Source of the DNA: Diadema setosum
Taxonomy: Eukaryota
DNA: 64,000 bases
NCBI RefSeq assembly: GCF_964275005.1
Contig: NC_092698.1
Coordinates: 37,552,597-37,616,596, forward strand
Direction: 5' to 3'
This document shows positions 13,983-27,285 of the stretch, piece by piece. A model generated the notes under the pieces. That model was not told where the DNA came from and did not search any database. It saw only the letters and a program-made list of their open reading frames with translations. Positions within the stretch are counted from its first letter, which is position 1; each line of letters opens with the position of its first letter. Both the position numbers and the translations under genes were made by a program.

Positions 13983-14311
13983 AGGCCCGAATTCACGAAG
14001 GTGGTACAAACAAAACCATGGTTTAAACCATGGACAAAAACCATGGAGCGCCAAGTGTCGCACGGGATATTTCGTTACGAAATTGGTCATTTCGTCGATA
14101 AAATGACAGGTTTCGTTAACGAAATTATCATTTCGTGGACGAAATGTTCATTTAGTTACAAAATGTTGTCATTTTGTTACAAAATAATAATTTCATCGAC
14201 GAAATGACTGATTTCGTGACGAAATATTCCATGCGACACTTGGCACTCCATGGTTTTTGTCCATGGTTTAAACCATGGTTTTGTTTGTACCACCTTCGTG
14301 AATTCGGGCCT
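13983..14311. mobile_element. MITE-like element of about 330 bp. Its terminal inverted repeats are about 80 bp long and nearly perfect. The core is an array of short palindromic subrepeats.
   Basis: The left arm at 13983-14066 is the reverse complement of the right arm at 14226-14311, with a single mismatch that I can see. The internal segment is built of acgaaat/atttcgt units. No clear target-site duplication flanks it: the left flank is ..actatc and the right flank is aagagg... Confidence 0.6.
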
Positions 14312-16980
14312 AAGAGGTTATGATAGCAACTTCAAGGATAATATCCAGTGTAGCCTCTTCAGTGTTACCACTACTCTACCAGAGTGCACTGCCATAATTA
14401 TTACCCCAGCGTTGCCAGGTACCCATTTACAGACATGTGTTGAGATGGACATGGTGGGTAAAAACAATCTTGTCCAAGAACGTAGACACTTGATGGGTAT
14501 TGAACTCTGAACCTTCTATTGAAAGTTAAGAGTCCTATCCACCATGCTACAGTACCGCCCACGGGTAAAGACACCATTGGATGTGCACAGTGCTCAGTGT
14601 TTCTCTAAATAACCCACGTTCTAGTCTAATGGGGTTGTTTCTGCCTCCTTAAAAATTATCCGTATAGATTCCCTATGATTTATGAGTCATCTGAAAAAAG
14701 AGAAAGATCCACAATCTCTGTTATGGTGATTGATATTCATTATTAACCCATCCCCTCCCCCACTACCACCACCCACCCACCTCCAAATCCCTTCAGCCCG
14801 CCCTCTTGCAGCCGCATGCAGTTGATCAGTCTACTCAGTCAGCGAATCTGGAGGATGTTGATCAGACACGCCAGGTCTGTTTAGTGACGTACAGGCCCCG
14901 GCGGGCCATAACGGATATTTAGTCTAAGCGGTATTGATGGACTTCATTGGGTGTAACCGTCCTACACGGTCAGATTGCTTAACTGGCGGCTCTCATCCCA
15001 CTCAAGTGAAGCGATGCCTATAAACTGTGACAGCGTTACCTGGCAACGCATCAGCGAATCGGCAGGGGTTATCGTCTGGAGTAGCTTGATTCTACTCTAT
15101 AAAATGACATTGAATTCCCTGAAGGAGGGACAGTATTTTCATCATAATGTCCGCTAAATCGTTTTCATTGAATCTGCGCATTTTAATTGAATGAACGTCA
15201 TCACAATTTGTGTCGGTATAGGCGGGACTTTTCTATCAAGACGAAATGAAAAGATGCTCGCAGCTTCGTCCTTAATTGAATTCAATGATGATGGTATTTT
15301 ACAGATAATTTGAGTTTCGTCGCGGTTGGCAAATTGGCAATTAAGAGCTCAAGAAGACTGACGTAAGGCCATTGTGATGGACGATATTTCGACTGTCTCC
15401 GAAGAGTTTTGCAGAAGTCGCGTCATGAATGCAAGACATGAATTACGCAGCCTTGGAGAGCGGTGTTTTGTTGATGGTGGCGACGTGAGGCGAGCTTCCT
15501 CTCGATATCACAGTGCTCATCACTCAGTATTTACGATAACTATTCGATCTAATAAATATTCAAACAGTCCATAAACTTTAATGATGGATTATGTCTGTAT
15601 CGGCTTCACCAATGACACATACATTCTCACAATTTCTCAAAATATCAGTTGCCCTAGATACTGCAGGTGCTGTCATCGCTCTGCGTGATGGTCCTTCGAA
15701 AGAATTGATTTAATCTTTCAAAACAATTCTGTTCTAGGGGAGAGTACGTAATGGCCATTGAGTCCACACTCTAAGGATGTCTCCCTGAGAATACGCATAC
15801 GATTAACTTTCTCTCATCTACATAACGTATTAATCTCCCAGCATCGCAGAATATTTTAATGTGAAAAGATGGAGAGTTGGGTTTTTTTTTCCCGTCTTGC
15901 TTCGAGACATGTCGGTCTCGCGTTGATATGACTTGAGCATCGTGAGGCCAAGGACATCCCACTAAAGTCCTTCTCCACTGTGTAATACAAGGCAGCACAG
16001 CCTGCTTTACTGACTATAGTTGTATGGGGGCAGAATTGCCGGCAGCAATGCAAAGAGGAACCACTCGCCAGTGCTGGGGATAGCGTGGTCGGATCAAGCC
16101 GACTTCCATCTACAGATAAATATCGCTCGTTCTCGCGGCGAGATGCTGGCTGGCTTACAGGCTGACATCGTTGATGGAAATAGGCTTCCCTCCAGCAAAC
16201 TCTAGGGTCGTCTGTGGTCTGCGGGGGAGGGTGGGGGTTTGGGGTGGGGCAGTGAGAGGTTTGCGATGAATGTGGGGGCGGGCTTTTAACATATCGGTTC
16301 CTCTCTTTCATCTTCTTCATCATTTGGTGAATTTCAAATGAATCGGAAGGCTACTGACTTCTAAAAGAGGCGTACTGATAATTGTTGGGTAAAAGTGGCG
16401 CCACTTTCTGGACATATATTTCTTCCCGCTTGTTCCTTAAACATATTTTGATTAACAATTTGTTATGAAAATGAATCATTCCAATGTGAAATATGTTTTT
16501 CATCCATACAACTCCGCGAGTTCTGTTCTAACTGTGAGTAATATCCATTTATTTGCATATGTTTTATGTCTAACAACCAACAAACTGAATTTACGACACA
16601 TATCCACACTATTCACAAACAGTTAATTGTATATTGCACAGAAGGCCCAATGCACTAAGATTATATCATTATTTTCAAACCTCATATTCTATGTCTTCTA
16701 ACAACAAATGCTTATCATGCTTTTGTTGTTGTTGACTATACGTTATCGATTCCAAAACATCTGCAACATTACATGTGATTAAGGTATTAAGTGGTAACAG
16801 GGATTGTTCACTGCTTGTCTCGATATTCCGCTTTCAGTCTACACTGGTCTAATTTCATATCGTATTCCAGCAAATATACTTGTGGACGATATTCGTTATA
16901 CACTATACCAATTGTATTACCAATGCATTGTGATAATCTATTTTAAATGTTCTTCTCTACTTTTTTTTTCTCCCCTACAG

Positions 16981-17021
16981 AAAGCAAACCAAATGACGGA
17001 CAAGAAGAGGACGTACAAAAG
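16981..17021 (+). CDS. SCG3: SCG3-like exon, most 5' one found. Peptide (x)SKPNDGQEEDVQK. Starts in phase 2 and ends in phase 0.
   Basis: Acceptor ttttttttctcccctacag|AA and donor AAG|GTATAT. The phase is compatible with the next exon at 27231. The exon is short, so this call is weak. Confidence 0.3.
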
Positions 17022-20000
17022 GTATATTTCCTTTCAAATTTTGTTCAGTTCCTCCGAGAAGAAAGAGTAGACGCTGATATGGAAGTGATAGCAGAATTCA
17101 GATCGATAGACTTTTCTCAGAATAAGATTCTTTCTCTCAGATGGTCCATTATCTAAAATTCCTTTGCAGTGTCATCTTTGCTTTTCTCTCTTCATCTCGA
17201 ATACTCTTTCTGTCTTCTAAGTGTAGAATTATATCCTAGTTGGCACGTTTGGGGGAAAAAGAATGAAAAGAGCTATAGCGAGCTAAATTTGGCATTATCT
17301 TGTCCCTTTGTCTGTACTTGATAGGGCTCTGACGTAAAGGGAACGATCACGTGACTAACTCAATAGATACACTTAGTTACAAAACAAATTTAGCTTGATA
17401 CATTGTTCTTGTATATAAATCACACGATGATGAAGGGGTAATGATATGCATAATCTATGCTAATTAGTAAGGGTCTGTTCCTTGCTGTCCATAATGCGAT
17501 GCATTTGTTTGTGTCTGTAGCTATAACAAAAACAAAATGATAAATCGAATACTGAAGATTTTAGACTTAACAAGACAGGCCTACATTTATATTTTGTATT
17601 TAAGATATAATATTTTTAAGTGTGTACAATCTCGATGCCCACCTGTCACATGATTATTTGCGTAACCTTCAGAAGAAATGCTAAGGTGTTGATTTTATGT
17701 CACTGACCAAACACAAACGACACCGGAATAACACTGTGCACGGTATTTGTTACAGAAGATGAATGCATTCATATTGAATGTTAAGACTCTTTATTATTGC
17801 CTGCACTGGAATATTTCTCGTGGAGAAAGATAAAAATAAACATTTCCCTAGGATAGCATTGTTCATGACTTCAACAATTAATGTGGCTGAATAAACACCA
17901 CCCAGCAGCATCAATTGGCGGTCAAAATCAGGGAGAAAGAATCACTCAGGATGTGATTGAAAATCACTGCGAGCTCAGCCTCACGCAGTATGATAATAAC
18001 CCCACCCCAAGCTGCGCCTGTTCTCCACGGATTGCCATAGCAACGGGAGAACGCTGAAAGGAGATAGGACGAGCAGTTACTGATGGGAGAACTGAAGTGT
18101 ACTAGACTTGTAGGAGGAGCATTATCCGCAGTCTATAGCACAATTTCAATGTCACACGCTGTTTGCCCTTCACGTGCCTTCCACTGCAAATGCAGATTTC
18201 CCTCTTACATCAGTGAGAACATGGTCACATTTTTGTGCATGCGCACAAAGTTTGCAGAGCGTTGCACTTTGTTGTTGTATCTTATTGATTTGTTTATTCA
18301 CTTATTCAAGACAAGTTAAGAAAATACAACTTGTAGAAAAACAAACAACCACACGCCCGTCGAAACAGCGGATGAGAATACGTGTTAGTCACAGACAGCA
18401 TTTCTCGGGAAATAAATGGATGTTTTGTGTGCACAAAACAAAGCCATGATCAAGAAACAAAAACAAAAACATATCATTCAAAGCATACGTGGCGTTTCGA
18501 CTTCGATGTCTGGGTAGATGGTGACAACGCAGATTTATTAAATAAAGTGAATCAGACAATTCCCCCCCCCCCCCGAGAATCATCGACTCTCGACGCTCAA
18601 TGCCAAGGCTGCAAACGATCCGGATGTTCGACGAGGCTAATTCCTATTTATTCGTGTCTAAAAAAGGATATTTAGTGAATATTGTATACAGAAAATTGAA
18701 ATATTTACAAGTCGATGAGAGGCTTGAGAGGTGGTTATATCGGCCAATCTGCATAAGTGGTGGCGAGTAGTATCACTGCATTTCATTAAAGACGTGTGGA
18801 AATTTCATTGCTTTCTTATATTAGGGAATGATTTACTTAACGCTCGATCATCGATTTCGTCCACTTCTTCTCAATCCGTCGAAGCCAATTTGAACATGGT
18901 ATGGACCTGTACTTTGATATGAGTGCATTACATGTATTGTGTGTATACAGCTGTGGGCAAACATTGGTTGGTTAAACTCCACCATAAACAAACTAGCATC
19001 GAATAAGCAAACAAAAATGGAGAAGATTCAAAATGTTGGTTGTCCTTGGGTGTAAATCATCGGTTTCATTAATTACCGATCTCCTCGTTAAAGTAGGGTA
19101 GTTTGAATAGCAAGGTAACCACTAGTTCCATTATGTCATGAACTACCATCATCCGTTTCCATGGAAACGCGAGGCAACGGACGGATGGAAACCATGAGAA
19201 AGACCTGGTGACGGCACGTAGTCAGGAGAAGGCTCTTGGGTAATACAGAAATGCCTCGTTGAAGAGGGTTTGATGGAAAACGAAGACTATCTTACCATTC
19301 CAAGAGTACAGCTCATAACCACGACTTGATTTAATTGTATGTCTGTGTTGCTCATTTCATATTGTACCTCCGACGTATTCAGCAAGATGTTCCAACAAAA
19401 AACACACAGACACACATACATGTACATCACACACTCAAGAACATCACTCTCCCTGCTGCTTTTCTGTCTCATGTCACATTCAATTTCTTTTAAATCCAAT
19501 CTAAAGTCGATTTCTCCTAGCCACGTTCAGTCACCACTGGGGAGGAGAACGTGTCGCATCACCTTGAAGACATCATCTCTGACAAAGTTCAAAGTTCTTT
19601 TCTCCATTGACAGCCATTGTTCCATTTGCTCATCTCAAGTTTCCTCCTCTTTCTCCGGTGTCCCTCCATCTTCCTTTACGCCTCTAGCGTCGAACTCGAG
19701 TTGCCAAGTCCCCGCTGAGAATGCTATGCGTGATGATACAAACACCTGGAAAGAAAAAAAAAGAGTAAGATGCTAAAATTTCGTCCAATCATGAGAAAAA
19801 AATAGGGAAGAAAAGGAAGATATAGATGTAATGGCATGAAGAGGCTGAAGGGCGGTGTATGATTCCGGAATTTACCTTCGATCCAGTAAGCAGGAGAAAC
19901 GCGCGCAGGCAGACGTCACTGCGATGCGACGGCGGAAAGGGATAATTGCATTAACCTCCCTTTGTGAGTCCTGCTATCTCCAGAGGGTTCGGGTGTTTAA

Positions 20001-21284
20001 AAAGGGCAATCGAGCTCACAGCTCCAGGAGTGTGAAACACTCTGTCTATATACTCAGCAGCCTCATGACTCGCTAGCAGAAAATAGAATGGTAAAGGCAA
20101 CAGCGGTAATAAAGTTTGCGGAAACTGATAAATATCATAAGAGGTGACGCAAATGCCTTTGGTGAACAATTTATTTTGAACAGAACTTTTAACAAGAAAT
20201 CGATTAATGCAACGGCTTTGATGCAGGAATTGCCCTCATTTTAACTGCAATTTTTCACTTTCTTATCGCGTTGGGAAATTGTCATTCTAGATATACACAC
20301 CATCGACCATGGCATTTATATAGTTGCTCATCGTTACAGCAGCATAATATTCAGATGTACAACGAATTGAATAGCGACCAGCACCCGTAAAATTCGCTCA
20401 ATGTCTGACTATGGTCATGGCTGATTACATATTTCACGTTTGTTCTCTAGAACCACCAGCTTGACTGCAACAGTTCTATTTTAATTAAAGTATAGATTAA
20501 CATTGTTAAGTGCGGCTAAGAAAAATCAGTCTAGAGCGGAAATTTAAAAAAAAAAGTGTTCATTGTAACGAAATAAAGAGAGACTTGGACTTAGAGAGAG
20601 GAAGATGAAGATAAGGATGGAAGAAATAGGAGGGTGTAGTAATGATATATGTAGAGCGGTAACGGTTGTTACCACATGCATGACGTGGCAAATTCACTTA
20701 TCCCAGAGATGGCCATCGAAATTTAGAACTCATCCGCGAAGTTAGGGAGAGCTGGATGACATGTGGAGATAACACCACCGCTTTCGCCAAAATGCCACGA
20801 CCTTTATGCCGGCGACTCGGCGAGATAGATTGAGAGCACATTGCTTCAAGAATTCCAATTGCACCTTCTATTTCTGATATTTCCTCACTCGTCTCTTCCC
20901 CAGATAGCATACACTTCTCTGTCTCTTCAACTCACCATTAAATTTACATTAAGTCTCTTGGCTATTCTTTTTTTGTTTTTCTGTTTCATGAGTGGGTACA
21001 GCAACAGGTGTTTGAAGTCAATAATGTATAGGATAAAGGCGTGTGATTTAAGAAAATTAAATTGTTGGTACTTGAACTATACCCAAATACAAGAAAAGAT
21101 TGAAGACAAAGAGCGGAAAGATAGAGACATCAGAATACATAAAAAGAGGGGAGATTGAGATGAAGAGAGGCAGAAAAAGAGAAAACGAGAGAGATACTAT
21201 GTCGGGAGACCTTTCCGAGGTAACCTTGTAAAAAAAGTTGCAGGGAATTTGAGCTTAAACATGATTAATACATGTAAGAGAAAC

Positions 21285-21500
21285 ACTGACCAATCAGAAC
21301 GCAAAGCTGTCTAGCGATCATTGTGTCGGGTTTCAAATTGTTCCGCGGGGGCCAACCCAACAATTTCTGGTCGTCTGAAGTTATCTCCCCTGCGTGCACC
21401 TTTAACGTGATTGCCCGCGTAAAACGAGGTTAAAGAGAAATAATTTCGAGCGAATTGTCAGCATCTACCTGGAACGAATTTCCTAACGGGCCGTGTCAAA
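21285..21500. promoter_or_regulatory. CpG-dense segment with an NF-Y-type CCAAT box (tgaccaatcag, about 21289). A GC box (gggggcgg) lies at about 21783.
   Basis: The motifs are visible. No associated gene was identified. Confidence 0.15.
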
Positions 21501-24500
21501 ATTGTTCATCGGGGATCACAGGACACTGGAGTAAAGCAGTTACGTCAACATCGTAGACTTAATGTACATTCGCAAATGTGCATAGTAAAATATATGAAAC
21601 GAATAGATTCAAAGTGAGCTAAACCTCTCCACACGTACTTAAACAACTCTCCACGTGGATTTAGTTCGACTAATAAACCTGGACTTTCGGCCGCCGTTGC
21701 TGCTATCAAAGGCAATTTCTTCACTTGAGTCAGTCGTTAAATGTCAAGCGCTTATAGAGGGAAATATCTCACAGGAAATTGAGGGGGCGGTGGAATGAGG
21801 CAGGCTGGTCGCAGAATGACACTGCTCTTTCTTTACTTTCTAAACATGTTTGCATGACATTATCTCGCGGTGTTGATAATCGTTTGAGTCTTTTATGGGG
21901 GAGGGAAACTCGGTCTAAAACCCCTACTGAGGGCGTAAACGTGGAATACCTTGTAGTTATTATCGGAGAAATCATAACTATAGATAAGCGGGAAACAGTG
22001 TCACGGTCTAAATTCCAAAGTAAACGTTGCGTTATAACAGCTTCGCTCTTTGAATTCAACATAAAAAAAATAACCCACTCCCAATGTTTATGGTTACAAT
22101 TAGCTAGGACAAAGATATAGATTTGCTGCAAACAACTCGACAATTGATTAAACTTTTCTTTCATAATGTCCGTCATCTAGAGTACAAACTTCGCCGAACG
22201 CTTTGAAAAAAAAAATGACGCATGATATAACTTACAAAAAGTTGTATTTAATCACTAATCTCTGGACACAACTAGGCCTTTAAACATGAATATTATCAAT
22301 AATGGATTTGATTGACAAGTAATAAAAATAATTATATGTGCTGTTTGGAATCATTGGATAATATTTGACTCGAACTACACTTTAAGCATGTGTGTTTGTG
22401 TGTGTGTGTGTGTTACGAAAACTGTTATATCATTATATTTGACAAACTAGTTGTCAAAATATTTAATCTATATGAGGCTTCCTTATCAATCTCTTTATTG
22501 TCAGGACGCTTGTTACGTTTTTGCATCTCTCGTTTTAGTTACATATGTGTTTGTTTGTTTTTTTTTCAATATCTCGCAACTCTACTTCAACAGACACTAC
22601 TGTGTCTGTTCAAGGGACAAAAACGATTATCTGAGATTGCTTGGCCATACGTTTAATATAGGAATGTGTTATGATAGCAGGCAGGAGGTCATGGCGATAA
22701 TGCTGATATGAAAACGGTATATTTACTGTCGTCATGGTCTGAATCCACCGACAAATAATTAATTGTTCCTGTGATTAACGTTGATTAGAGGAGCTTCAGC
22801 GTCCCGTAGTCCCCCCGGCTCAATTTGTCAGCTTTCACTGGAGCACAGAAAATTGTCTTTCTAAGAGTTGGTTTCATAATTTGGCGCTTAGAGCTAAATG
22901 TCAGTGCTCCCGTAGAATGTTTTGCTTGTTTGCCGCTGAGCGCCATTATAAGTATTGCCGATATGCACTGCCGGGATGGTTCACGTGTACTCTTGGAATA
23001 TTGTCCGCGAGCGAGGCTAAGAACACATCAATTTTGGCGAAGTTATTAGAAAACAGGTCAGCGTCAATCCGTTGTGTGAATATACTGAACTCTCACCTCT
23101 GTATAGAAATGATATCATCGATGTGCCCTTTTATTATCATTTTTACGTTTTATTTCCGTCATGTGGTCTAAACATGATCTATAAACATCGCCTTTTCTGC
23201 GCGCCCGTTATTCATGGCATTGCTATGTATATATATATATACTTTTTTTTTTCGGAAACTGATGCTGACAACGAATATGGAGTAATAGCAATGCGACAAA
23301 ATGGCCGCAGGTATAGGGATAATGGTGGGTGTGGGATGAAGGGTGAAAAGCTTATGCAAGCAAAACTTATATACAATATCTAAAAGCTAATGAAGTACTC
23401 GGACGTCCATAATCTCAACAAATTTGATTCCTCTGTTGATGCACAGTATTGATAAAATACTGGATTACAGTATCAACAAGGAGCAAAGAAGTAATGGCTG
23501 TGGGGGCTTATTTGTTATCCCCGTTTTTCTACACCACCTGACTCAGCTTATGAAAACAGTCTAATTTCCATTCCAATCCACTTCAATCCACTGCACAGGG
23601 TTTTGGAGAGAGAAATCTGGAACTTCGATAATCAGCATTCACATAAAGTGGATTTTGCTCCCACTCCCAATTATGGCATATAGTGAAGAGAAAGAGCGGA
23701 GGTACACCGTGCACGTCTGTCTAAGTAGGCTCCGATGACACGCAGCCAGATAAGAGGCAGAAAAATCAGTCTCGAATCGAACTGCTGTGGGTTCCCTTGT
23801 CGATACCGGATCTCCCCGTTCCAGTCGTTCGGCATATTTTGGGTCGTTATCGGACAGACTTCTGCCCACGCTGAGGTGTAAGAGGATGGAACGTCGCCAG
23901 GCTTCTCAGACATAGTTACCCCACTCTACCTCTCAGCGATGCAAGAAAACATTTTACCCTCAATTCTCGTGATTGTTTTAAATTCAGCGCACCGATATTG
24001 AAGAATGCATCAACTTAGTTTGAATCCGAGCACCGAAAGTAAAAACTGAATTCTCTTCTCACAGGACTAGAGGTGTTTTTTTTTTTTGGGTATTCTTTAT
24101 TCTCTTTCTTTAATTTCACTTGTGCATTATTGATCCTGTACCCATCAATCTAAAACCATTCATCACAGATGTGAGACAGATTCGTCACATCTTTGGCTTT
24201 TCTCTCTTATCTTTGAATGCTTGTCTATTCGACTTCCAAACAAGCTATGTAGTATACAGGGCAATTACAGCAAATTCTATTTACCTCATTCACGACATAT
24301 TTTACTCATACGCTTGCTACTTGTATCCATTATGTTAAACAGGTACATTTGAAAAAAGACTTAACCAAACAAATCTGATTTGAGACTTTGAGACTCATGA
24401 GACTTTGAGACTCGTGATTTGTTCATTCATTCAGCAATAATTTTTGGGAAAAAAGTTTGACTTTCACATTTGGAGGATTCAAAGCATACTTCACGTAGAT

Positions 24501-27230
24501 GGAATCTATGAATACAAAATTTGCGAATATCCTATAAAAGTTCATAATGTAACCAAGTAATTATTAAAGTGAAAGAGTACAAAGGCAAAAAAAAAAAGCA
24601 ACTGAATGGAATGAATTCAGCGAGTGGATCTCATAATGTGACAGGCCTTGAAAGTGTTTCTAATAGCACCTTTCTCCAAGCCAAATCTCTACCAGACGAT
24701 CAGTCTTTCGTCACCATGCTCGACTTGGCTTTCCACACATCGTAAATCGAGCTCTTTATCTTAAGAAAAAAAATGCTTTATACTGTCCGATTAGCTGATC
24801 AAGAAGGAATATAAAATCAAAATTAATGTTTGGGTTGCCTGTTCCATCACCATGGGAACGCATTTTTATGATAACCATCATCAGAACTCCCTAATTCGTG
24901 GCGCTGTTTTCCCCACACTAACACTTTCTGTGCTGGTGACAAGAAATAAATTCACGAAGGAATCAAAAGATGGGAAAGATATAGATAAAAATCATAACAC
25001 AAAATTTGACGCTTCATTCCCATCAGTGCGCCCTAATTCTCTCGCATTGCATTATCTCAACCCATCCTGCTGGTTTTTTTTTTCCTCTCGATTGTTCGCA
25101 ACTGTCCACAAGTTGGGGTGGGCTTGAATGCTTCATTTACCCCCTAGAATGATGGGTTGCATGTCTGATGGATGCCCCTCCCTAAGCGAGCCAATGGGGT
25201 ATAGCTAATTATATGGGGCACGCAGGTTTTAAACCATCACCAACCTATCGCCTTCACTGAAAGCACGCATATCTAGGGCAACTTCGGCATACGTGCTCCT
25301 ATTAAATGTGATACATTTCAATGAAAGAAAGGCCGGTTATTTTCACCTCTCGTCTTCTGTTTCTTTCTCGTTTTCTTCTTCATCTTCCTCTTCTTCCCCC
25401 CCCCCCCCTTGTATTAATCATCATTCTTGCAAACACTGCCCAGGTTTTAATTTAACAATCACCACTGGGATGCAGTGCCCATCAAGTTGTACTGGATGGA
25501 TTGACAATGTTTTTACCAAAAATGTACAAGTAACATCGTATTTTTATTCTTTTCGTCTTTTTCGTCAACGGTAATATCCTTCACTATCCAAAGTGCTCTT
25601 GTGTATGCTTCTGAGAAGCACTTTCCCCGTAATCAAATGCATCTTAGCTGTTAAGTGTTTTCTGTTTCACTGAGACGAAGTCTTTTTAGTCTTTTTCTCA
25701 TAATAGTCTCGAACGATCTCCTTGTTGATTTGTTTCCTTGGAAAAAAAAAATATTCATCAGTGATACCTAACAGTTTGTAATTTCCTCCGAAACCACAAA
25801 ACCCTAGACTGAAAATTATTGATACTCCTGGATTGAATGTATAACAGTCATTATGATAATTCGCTTCACATGTGTGGGCGTCGGAAATAACTTCGAATAT
25901 GATCTTTATAATTCCTTTTGATTCGGTAGTTATCACTTCCGAAATTGGCCACGAGAAATTCTACAGTGCAACGCGAAGTTACCTTTACTGAAGATGATTG
26001 GAAACAGTGATGAAATTTGAAATTCAAAGCTTATTAGAATAAATATTGGTATATCACATGAATTGCAGCCATTAACGAAGGCTTCAAGAAATCAACATTA
26101 TTCATACAACGCGGGCCGTAAAACGTAAAGGTATCTTTAACGTCTTGCATAAAGTGACACCGATACTCAGTAATTAAAACATTCATTCCAAGCGAATCCA
26201 TTGTTTAATTGACGTCAAATACTTCTACTAACTTCGCCGGTAATATTTCTGTAAGTGTTGTGAGCTATTAGAAAAACACCCTTCAACAATGTACACTTTT
26301 ATAAGAAATAAAAAAGACCCTTGCAATATTCATACAAACTATATTTAGTGGTTGGGAAGCATCTATTAAACCACCAGCATTCTTTAATTTCTGTGGAAGT
26401 GGTGTAGGTTCAATCGTGTTCTCTGTTATGCCATAATACTCAACCAACGAGGCGAAAATCTTTAAAAGATCGATTTACCAGGAGGAGGTTATAGCGAAGA
26501 AGGAGCGTGCGCAAAAACACTCGCTTGGTTAATATTTGACGAGACACGTTTCAGGGCCGGGCGTTTGTTGGAGGTCAGTAAATGGTGGTTGGAGGAGCTT
26601 GTCCATCCAAAAAGACATCACCTAGGATCTCTGTTGTGTTTGTCTTCTTTCCTGAAGTATAGTGGGCGGGCGGATGCGGGCACAAGGGTCTGCGAATAGG
26701 CACTTGCAACACATCAGTTGCTCCCGCCCACTCTATGACCTTAAAACACTCTGCCGTCTCCATGACAACGATTATCCATCGTCTGCCCGATCACACTGAT
26801 AGGATGTTTGTGTTTCGCTTCGGACCCTTCTCGTGCACCTGCAAACTTCCATGAAGATTTTGAGCGTTAAGCACCGGACTGCATCATCGCAGCGGTATTT
26901 ATTCATCACTCATCACTGCAATCGATGCGTGATCCTCGTAATTGCTAAAAATACAAGTTCAAAACTACCTGCGAAAATTTATGGGGCAGCTTCCATCGAA
27001 ATACACAAACATTACAAAAGCAATACGACAGTCTTATTTATAGATAGAATAGATTTTACCATCTTACTTTTATCCGAAACCATCTGGCGGCCAAAATGCT
27101 ATCGTATGAAGATATGAAATGACCGGAAACTACATTCTTAAAATGTCTGCTTATTGTTTGTTTGCCTTTTGTAGCATTTTATGTGTTGCATTGCGAACTG
27201 ACTTATTCCTTTTATTTCTCTTTGTAACAG

Positions 27231-27285
27231 GTTGATTCAGCACTGACATTACAAGATGAGGACACACAAGGGAAACAAGTTCCAG
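27231..27285 (+). CDS. SCG3: SCG3-like exon. Peptide VDSALTLQDEDTQGKQVP, then 1 nt left over.
   Basis: Acceptor tttatttctctttgtaacag|G and donor CAG|GTGAGA. The 1-nt overhang G completes GAA with the first two bases of the next exon. Confidence 0.4.

Noticed and set aside
14001-14207. 68-aa plus-strand ORF
   Set aside because: It lies wholly inside the MITE-like element core of palindromic subrepeats.
15856-16323. 155-aa minus-strand Pro-rich ORF
   Set aside because: It is driven by a G-rich (gggtgggggtttggggtgggg) segment on the plus strand. It has no recognisable domain and no splice context.
21769-22176. Overlapping 135-aa minus-strand and 113-aa plus-strand ORFs
   Set aside because: The two mutually antisense ORFs have no recognisable similarity. 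This is typical of chance open frames, and no splice signals support them.
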